In this document: in pieces, positions 62,820 through 64,000 of the stretch | How positions within the stretch are numbered: the first letter of the stretch is position 1 | How the letters are laid out: every line of letters begins with the position of its first letter | Origin: Octopus sinensis | Lineage: Eukaryota | Length of the DNA stretch: 64,000 nucleotides | Direction: 5' to 3' | NCBI RefSeq assembly: GCF_006345805.1 | Contig: NC_042998.1 | Coordinates: 26,536,001-26,600,000 of the forward strand | Notes under the pieces: model-generated | Told to the model about the DNA's origin: nothing | The model's database searches: none | What the model saw: only the letters and a program-made list of their open reading frames with translations | Program-made: the position numbers and the translations under genes

Positions 62820-63250
62820 TTATTCTCTTTTACTCTTTTACTTGTTTCAGTCATTTGAATGTGGCCATGCTGGAGCACCGCCTTTAGTCGAGCACATCGA
62901 CCCCAGGACTTATTCTTTGGAAGCCTATTATTTATTCTATCAGTCTCTTTTGCTGAACCGCTAAGTTACGGGGACATAAGCACACCAGCATCGGTTGTCA
63001 AGCAATGTTGGGGGAACAAACACATACACACACCTATATATATATATATATATACTCTTTACTCTCTTTACTCTTTTACTTGTTTCAGTCAGTTGACTGG
63101 AGCACCACCTTTAGTCGAGCAAATCGACCCCGGGACTTATTCTTTGTAAGCCCAGTACTTATTCTATCGGTCTCTTTTGCCGAACCGCTAAGTGATGGGG
63201 GACATAAACACACCAGCATTGGTTGTCAAGCAATGCTAGGGGGACAAACA

Positions 63251-63322
<72 letters not shown>

Positions 63323-63490
63323 CATATTTACGACGGGCTTCTTTCAGTTTCCTTCTACCAAATCCACTCGCAAGGCTTTGGTCGGCCCGAGGCTATAGTA
63401 GAAGACACTTGCCCAAGGTGCCACACAGAGGGACTGAACCTGGGACCATGTGGTTCGTAAGCAAGCTACTTACCACACAGCCACTCCATA
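62820..63490 (-). mobile_element. Two family A SINEs (3' half plus a full copy from about 63052)
   Basis: Consensus twice, meeting at (TA)n. Confidence 0.85.
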
Positions 63491-64000
63491 TGCTTATCTA
63501 AGATGGCAAAGTGTGATTTGAGGGAGATATGGTTGCTATTTCTTGCAGACTGAGGCACCACGTAGAGGTAGTCCTTTTGTTATTGCTGATGGTGATATAA
63601 AGTTCCATCTTTAGTTATTCATTTTTATCTCGACATATAATGATAGTGAAATATCTCTAAATTTTAACAATATTACATTAACAAGTGCATATCAGAAATA
63701 GTGAGACTGCCAAAGTGACTAAGAGAAAATATAACATTTCTTGTATTATTTTTAAAACCAAACAACAACTTACATACGCACACACACACACATATATATA
63801 TATGCAGAGCTTTATGTACAGCAGAAATACTGAAAGAGATAACATCATATAAAGCCATGGACAGAATGAAACATATCGACTACTGAAATGTTTTTGCTGG
63901 GAAAAGTAGATAAGTTCTGCTTTATAAGTACATTTACAACAACTGCTGAAAATGTGGCTAAAGACAGCCTAATGGTCACAAATTTAAAGAGATGGTAAAG

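Overview
AT-rich, repeat-saturated animal DNA. The repeat repertoire resembles an octopus (coleoid cephalopod) genome, but this is inferred from recognition, not a search. No intact protein-coding gene, true tRNA/rRNA gene or CRISPR array can be supported; the window looks intronic or intergenic. It holds several tRNA-derived SINE families (labelled here A, B, E and Arg-head), about 18 truncated 3' ends of one RTE-clade LINE (family C), fossils of CR1/L2, R4/Dong, L1/Tx1 and Penelope-like retroelements, fossils and MITEs of mariner/Tc1, Tigger, hAT and piggyBac, three non-autonomous Helitrons and long (TA)n microsatellites. Main oddities: (1) four unrelated repeats carry degenerate minimal hammerhead-ribozyme-like cores, one with a compensatory U3-A8 pair inside a fold-back element with fixed ends; (2) a mariner fossil contains two insertions copied from loci 3.9 and 9.2 kb upstream; (3) five same-orientation SINE-B units lie inside one 15-bp target duplication; (4) many short fold-back hairpins. 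Coordinates were read by eye and boundaries of old repeats are approximate.
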